DNA from: Ignavibacteriota bacterium
GTDB lineage: Bacteria; Bacteroidota; Ignavibacteria; Ignavibacteriales; Melioribacteraceae
DNA length: 64,000 bases
Assembly: GCA_016713565.1 (NCBI GenBank)
Contig: JADJOX010000002.1
Location: forward strand, 2,845 to 66,844
Reading direction: 5' to 3'
The translations under genes were made by a program, and so were the position numbers. This document shows, in pieces, positions 24,000-31,831 of the stretch. The notes under the pieces were generated by a model, which made no database searches, was not told where the DNA came from, and was given only the letters and a program-made list of their open reading frames with translations. How positions within the stretch are numbered: position 1 is the stretch's first letter; every line of letters starts with the position of its first letter.

Positions 24000-24152
24000 A
24001 CTAATTAATATAAAGTAAGTTTATAAATGGAATTCATAATTCATTATTAAATAGAAATTATAAGTACAAAGATATTTATAAAAAGAGGTAAATGATAATA
24101 CGAGTGTCAAGTAAAATATGATTAAAATTTAAAATAGCAAAATATTTAGGAA

Positions 24153-25135
24153 CTATTTAATTCCCTCAAGTATTCTGTTTTTAAAATTCTTAAATAAACA
24201 GTTCATTATGGAATGGTAATCCGAATAAAATTGCTCAGAAGTTAATGATTCTTTTCTATTTTTTAGATAATCAAACAAACTCCCGCTTATCCCGCCATTC
24301 AACATATCTTTTGAAATATCCCGGAAGGAAGCCATTATTAGTTCCGCATCTTTTTTTGTTAATTTTGAATTTGGGATATAAAATGTATTTATTCTATTTT
24401 GCAGACTGGAAAGTTCATTTTTCAAAATATCCTCATAAACAAATGCATTATTGATATATGAATATTCGTTGATTGATATTTGACGACTGCTTAAATGAAA
24501 CTCTTTTACGCGTTTAACCAATAAATTAAGTGGAATTGCCGGGAAATATTCTGTTTTTGTTTTTATGTGATCCAGTAGTTTTTCAAATAATACAATCTGC
24601 TTGAATCCGAAAAATTCAACTGGGATTTTGCTGAAATCTTCAAATTTTATAAGATTGCCGGGCAATTCTTTTACATTTTCTTCAACAACGTAAACTGTTC
24701 CAAAATAACGTATTTTCTTAATATTATTTTTGGAGATACAAAAATTCAGAGTTTTAATTATCTTTTCAAAAAAAGGATCTTTTTCTTTGAGTAGTTTTGT
24801 TATTGTCTGATCTGCTCTTTTCCAAATTAATTTTGAAATAAAAAATTGTGCGTCTATTTCATTTTTTATTTCTTCATCCCAAGTAAGGATTGATTTTTTA
24901 ATTCCAAGAATGCCTTCATTGTTTTTACCACCAAAGGAATTATTGAGTCAATTGCCAAATCGCTAATTGATTCTTCCGAAAATAAATTGCTGTTAATTCT
25001 TGTTTTGTAATTATTTCTTAGAAATGAAATAGCAGTTTTTATACAGTAATCTATTAACTGACTTACGTCTTTATTTGTAAAAGTATCGTTTTTAATTCTT
25101 GTTATAATAAAATAAAGATTACATTCTTTCATCAA
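24153..25135 (-). pseudogene. Hypothetical protein of about 327 aa with one frame break near 24900-24940; no family recognised
   Basis: ORFs 24866-25135 and 24153-24665 join through a third frame (…FGGKNNEGILGIKKSILTWDEEIKNEIDAQFFISKLIWKRADQ…). The protein has no TM segments and is Lys/Asn/Ile-rich. Confidence 0.4.
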
Positions 25136-25328
25136 AAAATCTACTTTAATATCGAATCAATAAAAGTAGCTCAAAATAATAAATATATAAAATTTAAATT
25201 GTGATAAACATAATTTGTAGTATTAAATTTTATGCTTTATCTTAGTTGTAAAAAATATTAGAATTAAACAATCCCTATTCATTCAGAATAAAATTAGAAC
25301 AAAGCAAGTAAAAATTATCATAAACAAA

Positions 25329-25586
25329 TTAGCAATCAGGAAGTTCTAATAATTTATTTGCTATTAATTTAGAGTCGGTTGTTAGAAATTTTCTATTGTT
25401 TATTTTAATTATTTTAATCTCAATTTCAGTATTATTCTCAGACTCTATATAGTAATAGTAAAGTCCCGTTTCAATTTCTTCAATTATATCATCTTTATAT
25501 TTGGGATTCCAATATTCAAATGGATTTCCCAGGATCGTGATATCGTTTTTCTCTTTACGGCTTCTAATAACTCGTCTTTTTATCAT
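25329..25586 (-). CDS. Small hypothetical protein, possibly DUF3892-like
   Basis: 85-aa ORF. The pattern ...ITILGNP...W...DIIEEIETGLYYYYIE....I.IKIIKINNRKFLTTDSKLIANKLLELPDC resembles my memory of DUF3892 (single beta-rich domain ending ...NNLLSLPEC). Confidence 0.35.
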   Translation of the reverse strand: MIKRRVIRSRKEKNDITILGNPFEYWNPKYKDDIIEEIETGLYYYYIESENNTEIEIKIIKINNRKFLTTDSKLIANKLLELPDC

Positions 25587-25634
25587 TTTAAAATATTATT
25601 TTTACAAAGATAATTAGCGGAATTTGAAAAAAAA

Positions 25635-25731
25635 TCAGTACTATTACTTATACTGAAAAAAATGAAGAAATGTTATTATTAAGCAATAATTAAACAATAA
25701 CTGATAAAAATATTTAAGTACTTATACTTAC
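25635..25731. promoter_or_regulatory. TACTNN hexamer elements upstream of the sensor kinase gene
   Basis: 25635-25656 reads TCAG-TACTAT-TACTTA-TACTGA (three tandem hexamers, outer arms inverted). 25715-25731 reads TAAGTACTTATACTTAC, identical to 28630-28646. Confidence 0.35.
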
Positions 25732-25741
25732 TTTTTTTAAA

Positions 25742-26862
25742 ATGGAACCAACAGATATATTCGGAGTTTTTTTTCGGCGGAAAACCCGCTTATCTACGGG
25801 TTAACTATAATTGTTTTATTAATAATTATTTTGTTTCTTATAAAAAAAGAATATATAAGTCCGCTGCGAAAGAAAAAAGCCGAATTGGAATTGAAAAATT
25901 TAAAACTTTCAGCTTTATTTGCCGAAGTTGATCCGGATCCGGTAATAAGAATAGATGAAAACAATTTAATAATTGAACTTAATAATTCTGCAGTTAAGGA
26001 ATTCGGTCCAAATATTTTAAAACAATAATGTATTCGGAATTTTGAAAACTATAGTTATTTACCGAATTCGGACAATCCAATTGAAATTTCATTTAATAAT
26101 AAATATTACAGTGCCGTAACAAAAAAAATAGAAAATTTCTGCTTCAGTCATATTTATCTTAGGGATATTACTCAAAGAATTGAATATGAAAAACTGATAA
26201 AACTTAATCAGGAAAGTTTAAAGCAACTAAAGAAAAAAATAGAAACGGTTAATGAAGACGAAAAGGAAAAATTAGGTAAAGAACTTCATGATAGTGCGGG
26301 TCAGAATCTTTTATTGCTGAAAATAAGTTTACAAAATTTAAAAAACAGCGATTATCATAAGGCAGATATTGACAATTTAGTAAAATCTGTTGACGAATTG
26401 ATATATGAAATTAGAGATATATCACACCAATTAAGACCAAGAATACTTAATGAATTTGGTTTGGTTGCGGCGTTAAAATCAATTATTGATACGATAAATA
26501 ATCAAAATAATTTAAAAGGTTATCTTACTACTAATTATGTTATGGGAACGTTAAGTAAAGAATATGAATTAAATATTTACAGAATTTGTCAGGAAAGTAT
26601 CAGTAATATAATCAAGCATGCTAAATGTTCTGAATTTTTTATTCAGTTTTTAAGTGATGAAAATCAGCTAAAATTAGTAATTTCCGATGATGGAATAGGA
26701 TTTAATGTCAGCGAATATTTGAGCGAAGGTAGATCTTCATTGGGATTACTGAATATTAGAGAAAGAGCAGAAAATTATAACGGTACAATGAACATAATTT
26801 CAGCTCCCGATGAAGGGACAACAATTTTTATCAAATTTGAGATGGAAAAAATTCATGGTTAG
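25742..26862 (+). pseudogene. Sensor histidine kinase, NarL-partner type (TM, PAS-like, HisKA_3, HATPase_c), interrupted by an in-frame TAA and probably a T8-run frameshift
   Basis: MEPTDIFGVFF, then a shift in the T8 run (25767-25774), then the TM helix LIYGLTIIVLLIIILFLI and a PAS-like region. TAA at 26026-26028 is in the same frame as both flanks (I checked every codon to 26314). The H-box is LGKELHDSAGQNLL. The N/G boxes are ICQESISNIIKHA, ISDDGIGF and GLLNIRERA. Confidence 0.8.
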
Positions 26863-27507
26863 AGTTCTAATTGCAGACGATCATAATTTGTTTAGAGAAG
26901 GAATAAGAAGTTTACTAAAAGATTCCCTAGAAATTGTAATTGTGGGTGAAGCTGAAGACGGTAGAGCTTTAGAAAAAAATTCTTTGAATTAAAGCCCGAT
27001 GTTATCTTAACAGATATAAGTATGCCAATTAAATCGGGTCCGGAAGCGGTTTCGACAATCATAAATAAATATAAAGAAGCTAAAGTTTTATTTCTATCTC
27101 AATACAGCGGTGACGATTATATTTATTCAATTTTGAAAGCCGGTGGTTTGGGTTTGTTAAGTAAAAATTGCCTTCGTGATGAACTTGTAAACGCAATTAA
27201 AATTGTAAATAATGGGGATATGTATTTTTTCAATAAAAATGAAGAAGAATTAAACGAAATTATAAAAAGGTTCGATCAAATAGAATCGAAGGGCAAAAAC
27301 GAAACAATAAAAGGACTGACCAAAAAACAAATAGAAATATTAAAATTAATTGGAGAAGGTTATTCAACTGAGCAGATTGCCGTTGAATTGAAAATCGGTA
27401 AAAGAACGGTTGAAACTCATCGCCACAGAATAATGAGCACGTTCGGTTTTAAAACTGTAGGACAACTTATAAGGTATGCGGTCATATTAAATGCTAAAAT
27501 AAAATGA
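26855..27507 (+). pseudogene. Response regulator, NarL/LuxR family (REC plus LuxR-type HTH), one frameshift in an A7 run near 26975
   Basis: MVRVLIADDHNLFREGIRSLL, then (shift) KPDVILTDISMP, LFLSQYSGDDY, and the C-terminal LTKKQIEILKLIGEGYSTEQIAVELKIGKRTVETHRHRIMSTFG. The ATG overlaps the kinase stop codon by 8 nt. Confidence 0.85.
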
Positions 27508-27515
27508 CACTTTTT

Positions 27516-28094
27516 TTAGCTCTTTATTTCTCTAATTTTTTGTTTTTTAAATATTACTAACGTAACTAAAAATATCCCAATTAAAATTTGTAAAATATTT
27601 ACCGCAAAATAAAAATTTAGTCCGGAACTTAATTGTTTTAAGTACGCAATAAGTTTTAATATATTCAGCACTTCATAAAAAACCATTGTCAAATAAAAAA
27701 AATCAATTTTATTCTCTTCAATAAAAATAGAAATTAAATAACGCGCAAAAATAAAGAATGAAAGTACTTGAACAATTAACACAATATACATTTGAATAAC
27801 AACAGACGAATTTATTCCAACTATTGTTGAAATCATTAATCCAGCAAATATCAAATACCTATTTTTATAAATTTTATATCTATTTATCATTGCTAATGAC
27901 AAATAAACAAATGGGACCCATAGAACTTGTGGAAAATCATGAAAAATTCTGGAAATAATAATTGTTGAAAGATCAGCTGCAGTTAGTACTAAAAAGAAGT
28001 AAAAATGTTTACTTGAACGATAGAAAAATGGTACTATCGTCCAAGTAATTATCGAAATTAAACCTATGATTTCCCAACTTTTCATTAATGACAC
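27516..28094 (-). CDS. Hypothetical polytopic membrane protein (about 6 TM)
   Basis: Intact 192-aa ORF, hydrophobic throughout. Its start overlaps the stop of the upstream ORF by 10 nt. Confidence 0.5.
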   Translation of the reverse strand: MSLMKSWEIIGLISIITWTIVPFFYRSSKHFYFFLVLTAADLSTIIISRIFHDFPQVLWVPFVYLSLAMINRYKIYKNRYLIFAGLMISTIVGINSSVVIQMYIVLIVQVLSFFIFARYLISIFIEENKIDFFYLTMVFYEVLNILKLIAYLKQLSSGLNFYFAVNILQILIGIFLVTLVIFKKQKIREIKS

Positions 28095-28522
28095 ATAGGG
28101 GGACAGGGGATGCTGAATTCTAATACAAATTGACCATTTTGAATAGTAAAAGCCTTTTCTCTTTTTTGAAAATTACAAAATTTGCTATTTCCCAAATTCA
28201 TTAATTTTTCCACGTTGCTTTTGCTGAAAAGATGAAAAACATCATCTTTTTCTACATAAGTATTTGAAGAAAATAATACGATTCTGTCATCTCCTAAGAT
28301 TGTCAAATCATTTTCATAATTATTAAACATAACATAATTTAAGGTATTTTTCAGCATACTTTTTAATACATCTTTCTCTAGAATAAATTCACATTCAACA
28401 GTTCCGAACTGAGACTCAGCGTCGCTTAATATGAAGATTTTTCCTATTTCCTGACCAACTATAATTTTTGAATAAACTTCTAATAACAAAATTGCGTAAA
28501 AAATAATTTTTTGATGTAGCAT
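28085..28522 (-). CDS. Hypothetical secreted protein ending in CPPMCH
   Basis: Intact 145-aa ORF with an N-terminal hydrophobic signal-like segment (IIFYAILLLEVYSKIIVGQ) and a C-terminal ...EFSIPCPPMCH. It is translationally coupled to the membrane protein. Confidence 0.45.
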   Translation of the reverse strand: MLHQKIIFYAILLLEVYSKIIVGQEIGKIFILSDAESQFGTVECEFILEKDVLKSMLKNTLNYVMFNNYENDLTILGDDRIVLFSSNTYVEKDDVFHLFSKSNVEKLMNLGNSKFCNFQKREKAFTIQNGQFVLEFSIPCPPMCH

Positions 28523-28576
28523 ATAATCTCCCTATTTAATGGTGGGAGAAAATAAAAGTTTTATCAAAAAAAGAAA

Positions 28577-28776
28577 TCAGTACAAATACGTAATATTTAC
28601 TTTGTATTTAAAATGGTCTACGAAATTTGTAAGTACTTATACTTACAAATTTGTAAAGAATTTTTTTATTGTATTATTATTATCATTTTTTTGACTTAAA
28701 AACTTGTTTAAGGAGCCTTAAACGGAATAATTGTTCTTATAAATTAATAATTGCTAAACTTAAGTATTTATACTGA
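28577..28776. promoter_or_regulatory. Cluster of TACNNA hexamer elements, including a perfect 11-bp inverted repeat, upstream of the 28522 minus-strand operon
   Basis: 28577-28606: TCAG-TACAAA-TACGTA-atatt-TACTTTGTA. 28623-28652: AAATTTGTAAG-tacttata-CTTACAAATTT, which contains the 17-mer shared with 25715-25731. 28761-28776: TAAG-TATTTA-TACTGA. AAATCAGTAC and TTATACTGA are also shared with 25632-25656. Confidence 0.35.
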
Positions 28777-28852
28777 TTTCTTTTATTTAAAACTATAGTA
28801 TAATTGCATGTAATGATTTAACGATACTTAAAAAATTGCTTCACCCCCTCAC

Positions 28853-28897
28853 GCCTCCGGAATTATTAGATTATGGGAAATTGAAAATTTCGGAGGC
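28853..28897. other. GC-rich 12-bp stem-loop in an otherwise AT-rich 0.9-kb intergenic region
   Basis: GCCTCCGGAATT-(21 nt)-AATTTCGGAGGC with one G:U pair, preceded by tcaccccctcac. No adjacent U-run on the plus strand. Confidence 0.3.
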
Positions 28898-29072
28898 AAC
28901 ATAAATGCTGAAATTATTATTTATTATTAAATTAAATTATTATGTACATAAATAAAATATTACAGTTTGAAATTTTTATTTGCAAAAATTAATATTTATC
29001 TAATTTTAAAATCGCAAAAAATCTTACTTCATTTTGGTCAGGGAATTTTTTTAATTAAAATTAAAGGAATAT

Positions 29073-29282
29073 ATGTCCCGGCTTGAAAATTACCAATCTA
29101 AGCAAAAGGCAGAATTTGAGATCTGCAAATCGAAACTCACCTGCGACAATAATCTAACAATTTGTATGGAAAACAATAAATTTTGTCAGCATAGATTTAG
29201 TTTTGGTAACAGTATTTTTTGTACTAATCCCGAGAAAAATAATTTTGGAAAGAAATTGTTTAAAGATTATTTGCAAATGTAG
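29073..29282 (+). CDS. Small cysteine-rich hypothetical protein (69 aa)
   Basis: ORF preceded by AAAGGAA 6 nt upstream. Five Cys: ...EICKSKLTCDNNLTICMENNKFCQHRFSFGNSIFCTNPEK.... No family recognised. Confidence 0.35.
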   Translation: MSRLENYQSKQKAEFEICKSKLTCDNNLTICMENNKFCQHRFSFGNSIFCTNPEKNNFGKKLFKDYLQM

Positions 29283-29342
29283 ATTTATCATTATTCAATT
29301 AAACAAATTAATTTAAATTTCCACCAATGGTGTCAAAATGAC

Positions 29343-29371
29343 TTGACAATTATTTGATGATTGCATAATTT
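29343..29371 (+). promoter_or_regulatory. Sigma-70-like promoter candidate for the GH94 operon
   Basis: TTGACA (29343-29348), 17 nt, TAATTT (29366-29371), about 70 nt upstream of the GH94 ATG. Confidence 0.35.
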
Positions 29372-29375
29372 AAAA

Positions 29376-29389
29376 TGTAAGCGTTTACA
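29376..29389. promoter_or_regulatory. LacI-family operator-like palindrome
   Basis: TGTAAGC|GTTTACA has 6/7 symmetric half-sites around a central CG and fits the generic LacI/CcpA-type pattern TGnAAnCGnTTnCA. It lies just downstream of the candidate -10 element. Confidence 0.5.
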
Positions 29390-29437
29390 TAAATTTTTAT
29401 TCAATGTTAATTAATAACTAAAAATTGGCATATTACT

Positions 29438-31816
29438 ATGGCAAAGTTTGAAACAAAATATGGTTTTTTTACCGATGACGGCACTGAGTATAATATTAAA
29501 AATCCAATGACACCCAAGCCTTGGGTTAACGTTATTTCGAATGGAAATCATGGTGTAATAATTTCACAAACCGGCGGCGGATTTAGCTGGAACGAACATT
29601 CCGAATTCAATAGAATTACAAGATGGCATCAGGATCTTATACAAGATAATTGGGGGAAATACTTTTATATCAGAAATAATAAGACAAATGAAATATGGAG
29701 CCCAACTTGGAAACCGGTGAAAACCAGCCTTGATAAATATAAATGCGTTCATGGAATCGGTTACACAAAATTTACTGCTGAGTATAAAAAAATTATTGTA
29801 GAAATTTGCTTATTCGTTCCATTTGATAATAATTTGGAAATTTGGGACTTTACAATTAAAAACGATTCGAATGAAGAAGCTGATATTTCCATCATAAATT
29901 ACTTTGAATGGGTCTTGGGTTCTTCGAATGATCATCATCGTGAATTCCATAAACAATTTCTCGAAACTGATTTTAATTCTAATGTAAACGGAATTCTGGC
30001 AAAAAAAAGAATTTGGGATATTCCTTTAGGGGATAGAGGTCATTGGAATATTGATTATCCATATATCGCTTATTTTGCCGCCAATAGAAGCGTTTCGCAA
30101 TTTGAATGCGATAAAGAATTATTTATTGGAAACTACGGAAATTTGGAAAAACCCGCTGCAGTTGTAAAAGGGAATTTATCCAATACTTGCGGAAAATTTT
30201 ATGATTCAATTGCTTCGCTCAAAATTGATTTAAAGATTAAGCCCAATCACTTTGAAAACGTTGCCTATTATCTTGGAATTGCTGAAAGTGAAGACCAAAT
30301 AAAAAAGATAACGGAAAATTATTGGAGTAAAGACCAGTTAGACGTTTCTTTGCAGAATGTTAAAAATAAATGGAATGAAATTTTATCTGAAACTACAATT
30401 GATACGCCAGATGAAGCGATGAACATTTTTGTAAATAAATGGGTTCGTTATCAGGCAATTGCAGGCAGACTGTGGGGTAGAACCGCGTACTATCAGCAAA
30501 GCGGCGCATTTGGTTTTAGAGATCAACTGCAGGACAGTCTTGTTTATTTGCCCATTGATCCGAATTTAACTCAAAATCAAATAAGACTTCATGCCCGTCA
30601 TCAATTAAGCGACGGTTCGGTTCTTCACTGGTGGCATCCAATAAGTGAAACCGGATTGGAAACTAAAATGACTGATGATCTTTTATGGCTGCCGTATGTT
30701 GTTTCTCATTATATTCAAGAGACAAATGACTTAAAGATATTGGATCATTTAGAACCATTTTATGATGATAAAGAGAAGAAATTTTCAATATATGAACATT
30801 GTTTAAAAGCGATTTATAAAGTACTTTCAAGAATTAGTCCGCGTGGATTAGCTCTGATCGGCGCCGGTGATTGGAATGACGGTTTGAGCGCCGTTGGATT
30901 AGAAATGAAAGGCGAATCGATTTGGCTTACTGAATTTTTATATGATGTAATTCAAAGGTTTTTGCCATATACAATTTTTAAAGGTGATTATGAAATATTT
31001 GACAAATTTACCGCTGCCAAAGATGATTTGAAAAAAGCGTTTAATATGCATGCTTGGGATGGCGAGTGGTATTATAGAGGTACAAAAGACTCTGGTGAGA
31101 AAATAGGAAGTAAAGAATGTGAAGAAGGTAAAATATATTTAAATCCTCAGTCATGGGCAGTGATTAGTGATATTGCCGAAAACGATAAAAAAACTTTAGC
31201 GATGGAAGCTGTAAGAAAACATCTGCTGCGAGATAATGGAGCTTTACTTCTTCAGCCTGCATATTCCAAACCTGATAAATATATTGGATACCTTTCAAGG
31301 TACGCCGCCGGAAGAAGAGAAAACGGAGGAGTTTATTCTCACGCCGCAACTTGGTCAATTTGGGCATACACGCTTTTGAATGATTCGGAAACAGCTTACG
31401 ATGTATTTAAAAAAATGTGTCCTATTTATTCGGGTTTAAATCCTGATAAATATGTAGCCGAGCCTTACGTTATGCCCGGAAATATTGACGGTCCTGATTC
31501 ACCCAACTATGGAATGGCAGGTTGGACGTGGTATACAGGATCCGCATCTTGGTTTCAAAAAGTTATTGTTGATTTTATTCTGGGAATTCGCGCAACAAAT
31601 GAAGGTTTGGTGATCGATCCGCATATTCCAAAAGAATGGAATGGATTTAAAATTAAAAGAAAATTTAGAGGTGTTAATTATTTTATTAAAGTTCATAACG
31701 ATCATAATGTAAATTACGGAATAAAGAAAATCGAAATAGACGGAAAAGTTACAAATTCAAATGTTATTTTAGTTGAAAACAAAAATGAAGTTAATATCAA
31801 CGTGTATTTAGGTTAA
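29438..31816 (+). CDS. GH94-family glycoside phosphorylase (cellobiose/chitobiose/cellobionate-phosphorylase-like; substrate unknown), cytoplasmic
   Basis: Intact 792-aa ORF. KYGFFTDDGTEYNIKNPMTPKPWVNVISN, GFRDQLQD, GAGDWNDGL, WDGEWYYR, GSKECEEGKIYLNPQSW and GRRENGGVYSHAATW are colinear by eye with C. thermocellum cellobiose phosphorylase. No signal peptide. Confidence 0.8.
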   Translation: MAKFETKYGFFTDDGTEYNIKNPMTPKPWVNVISNGNHGVIISQTGGGFSWNEHSEFNRITRWHQDLIQDNWGKYFYIRNNKTNEIWSPTWKPVKTSLDKYKCVHGIGYTKFTAEYKKIIVEICLFVPFDNNLEIWDFTIKNDSNEEADISIINYFEWVLGSSNDHHREFHKQFLETDFNSNVNGILAKKRIWDIPLGDRGHWNIDYPYIAYFAANRSVSQFECDKELFIGNYGNLEKPAAVVKGNLSNTCGKFYDSIASLKIDLKIKPNHFENVAYYLGIAESEDQIKKITENYWSKDQLDVSLQNVKNKWNEILSETTIDTPDEAMNIFVNKWVRYQAIAGRLWGRTAYYQQSGAFGFRDQLQDSLVYLPIDPNLTQNQIRLHARHQLSDGSVLHWWHPISETGLETKMTDDLLWLPYVVSHYIQETNDLKILDHLEPFYDDKEKKFSIYEHCLKAIYKVLSRISPRGLALIGAGDWNDGLSAVGLEMKGESIWLTEFLYDVIQRFLPYTIFKGDYEIFDKFTAAKDDLKKAFNMHAWDGEWYYRGTKDSGEKIGSKECEEGKIYLNPQSWAVISDIAENDKKTLAMEAVRKHLLRDNGALLLQPAYSKPDKYIGYLSRYAAGRRENGGVYSHAATWSIWAYTLLNDSETAYDVFKKMCPIYSGLNPDKYVAEPYVMPGNIDGPDSPNYGMAGWTWYTGSASWFQKVIVDFILGIRATNEGLVIDPHIPKEWNGFKIKRKFRGVNYFIKVHNDHNVNYGIKKIEIDGKVTNSNVILVENKNEVNINVYLG

Positions 31817-31831
31817 CTTTCTGGGATTATT

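Noticed and set aside
24866-25135. Sigma-70 region-2-like resemblance (…ESISDLAIDSIIPLF…) in the N-terminal fragment of the 327-aa orphan, with the two small membrane proteins downstream as anti-sigma candidates.
   Set aside because: The resemblance is a few residues only. No region-4 HTH is recognisable in the C-terminal part, and a terminator-like hairpin separates the genes. The evidence is too weak to call.
26026-26028. Stop-codon reassignment or programmed recoding as an explanation for the in-frame TAA in the kinase.
   Set aside because: TAA terminates many well-supported genes in this window at the expected positions (e.g. the 4432 dehydratase, GH94, hppA and ackA). A genome-wide reassignment is therefore excluded. 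Site-specific read-through cannot be judged from sequence alone.
28830-28900. Possible c-di-GMP (GEMM-I-like) riboswitch, suggested by the ...cacgcctccgg... segment.
   Set aside because: Only a short resemblance to the conserved ACGCAAAGCCUCCGG segment. I could not find the GNRA tetraloop/receptor helix pair or the second conserved helix. Only an Infernal scan could revive this.
29438-31816. Calling the GH94 enzyme specifically a 1,2-beta-oligoglucan phosphorylase because of the GH144-like neighbours.
   Set aside because: The characterised 1,2-beta-oligoglucan phosphorylases I recall are about 1100 aa. This protein is 792 aa and aligns end-to-end with enzymes of cellobiose/chitobiose/cellobionate-phosphorylase size. 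Specificity is therefore left open.
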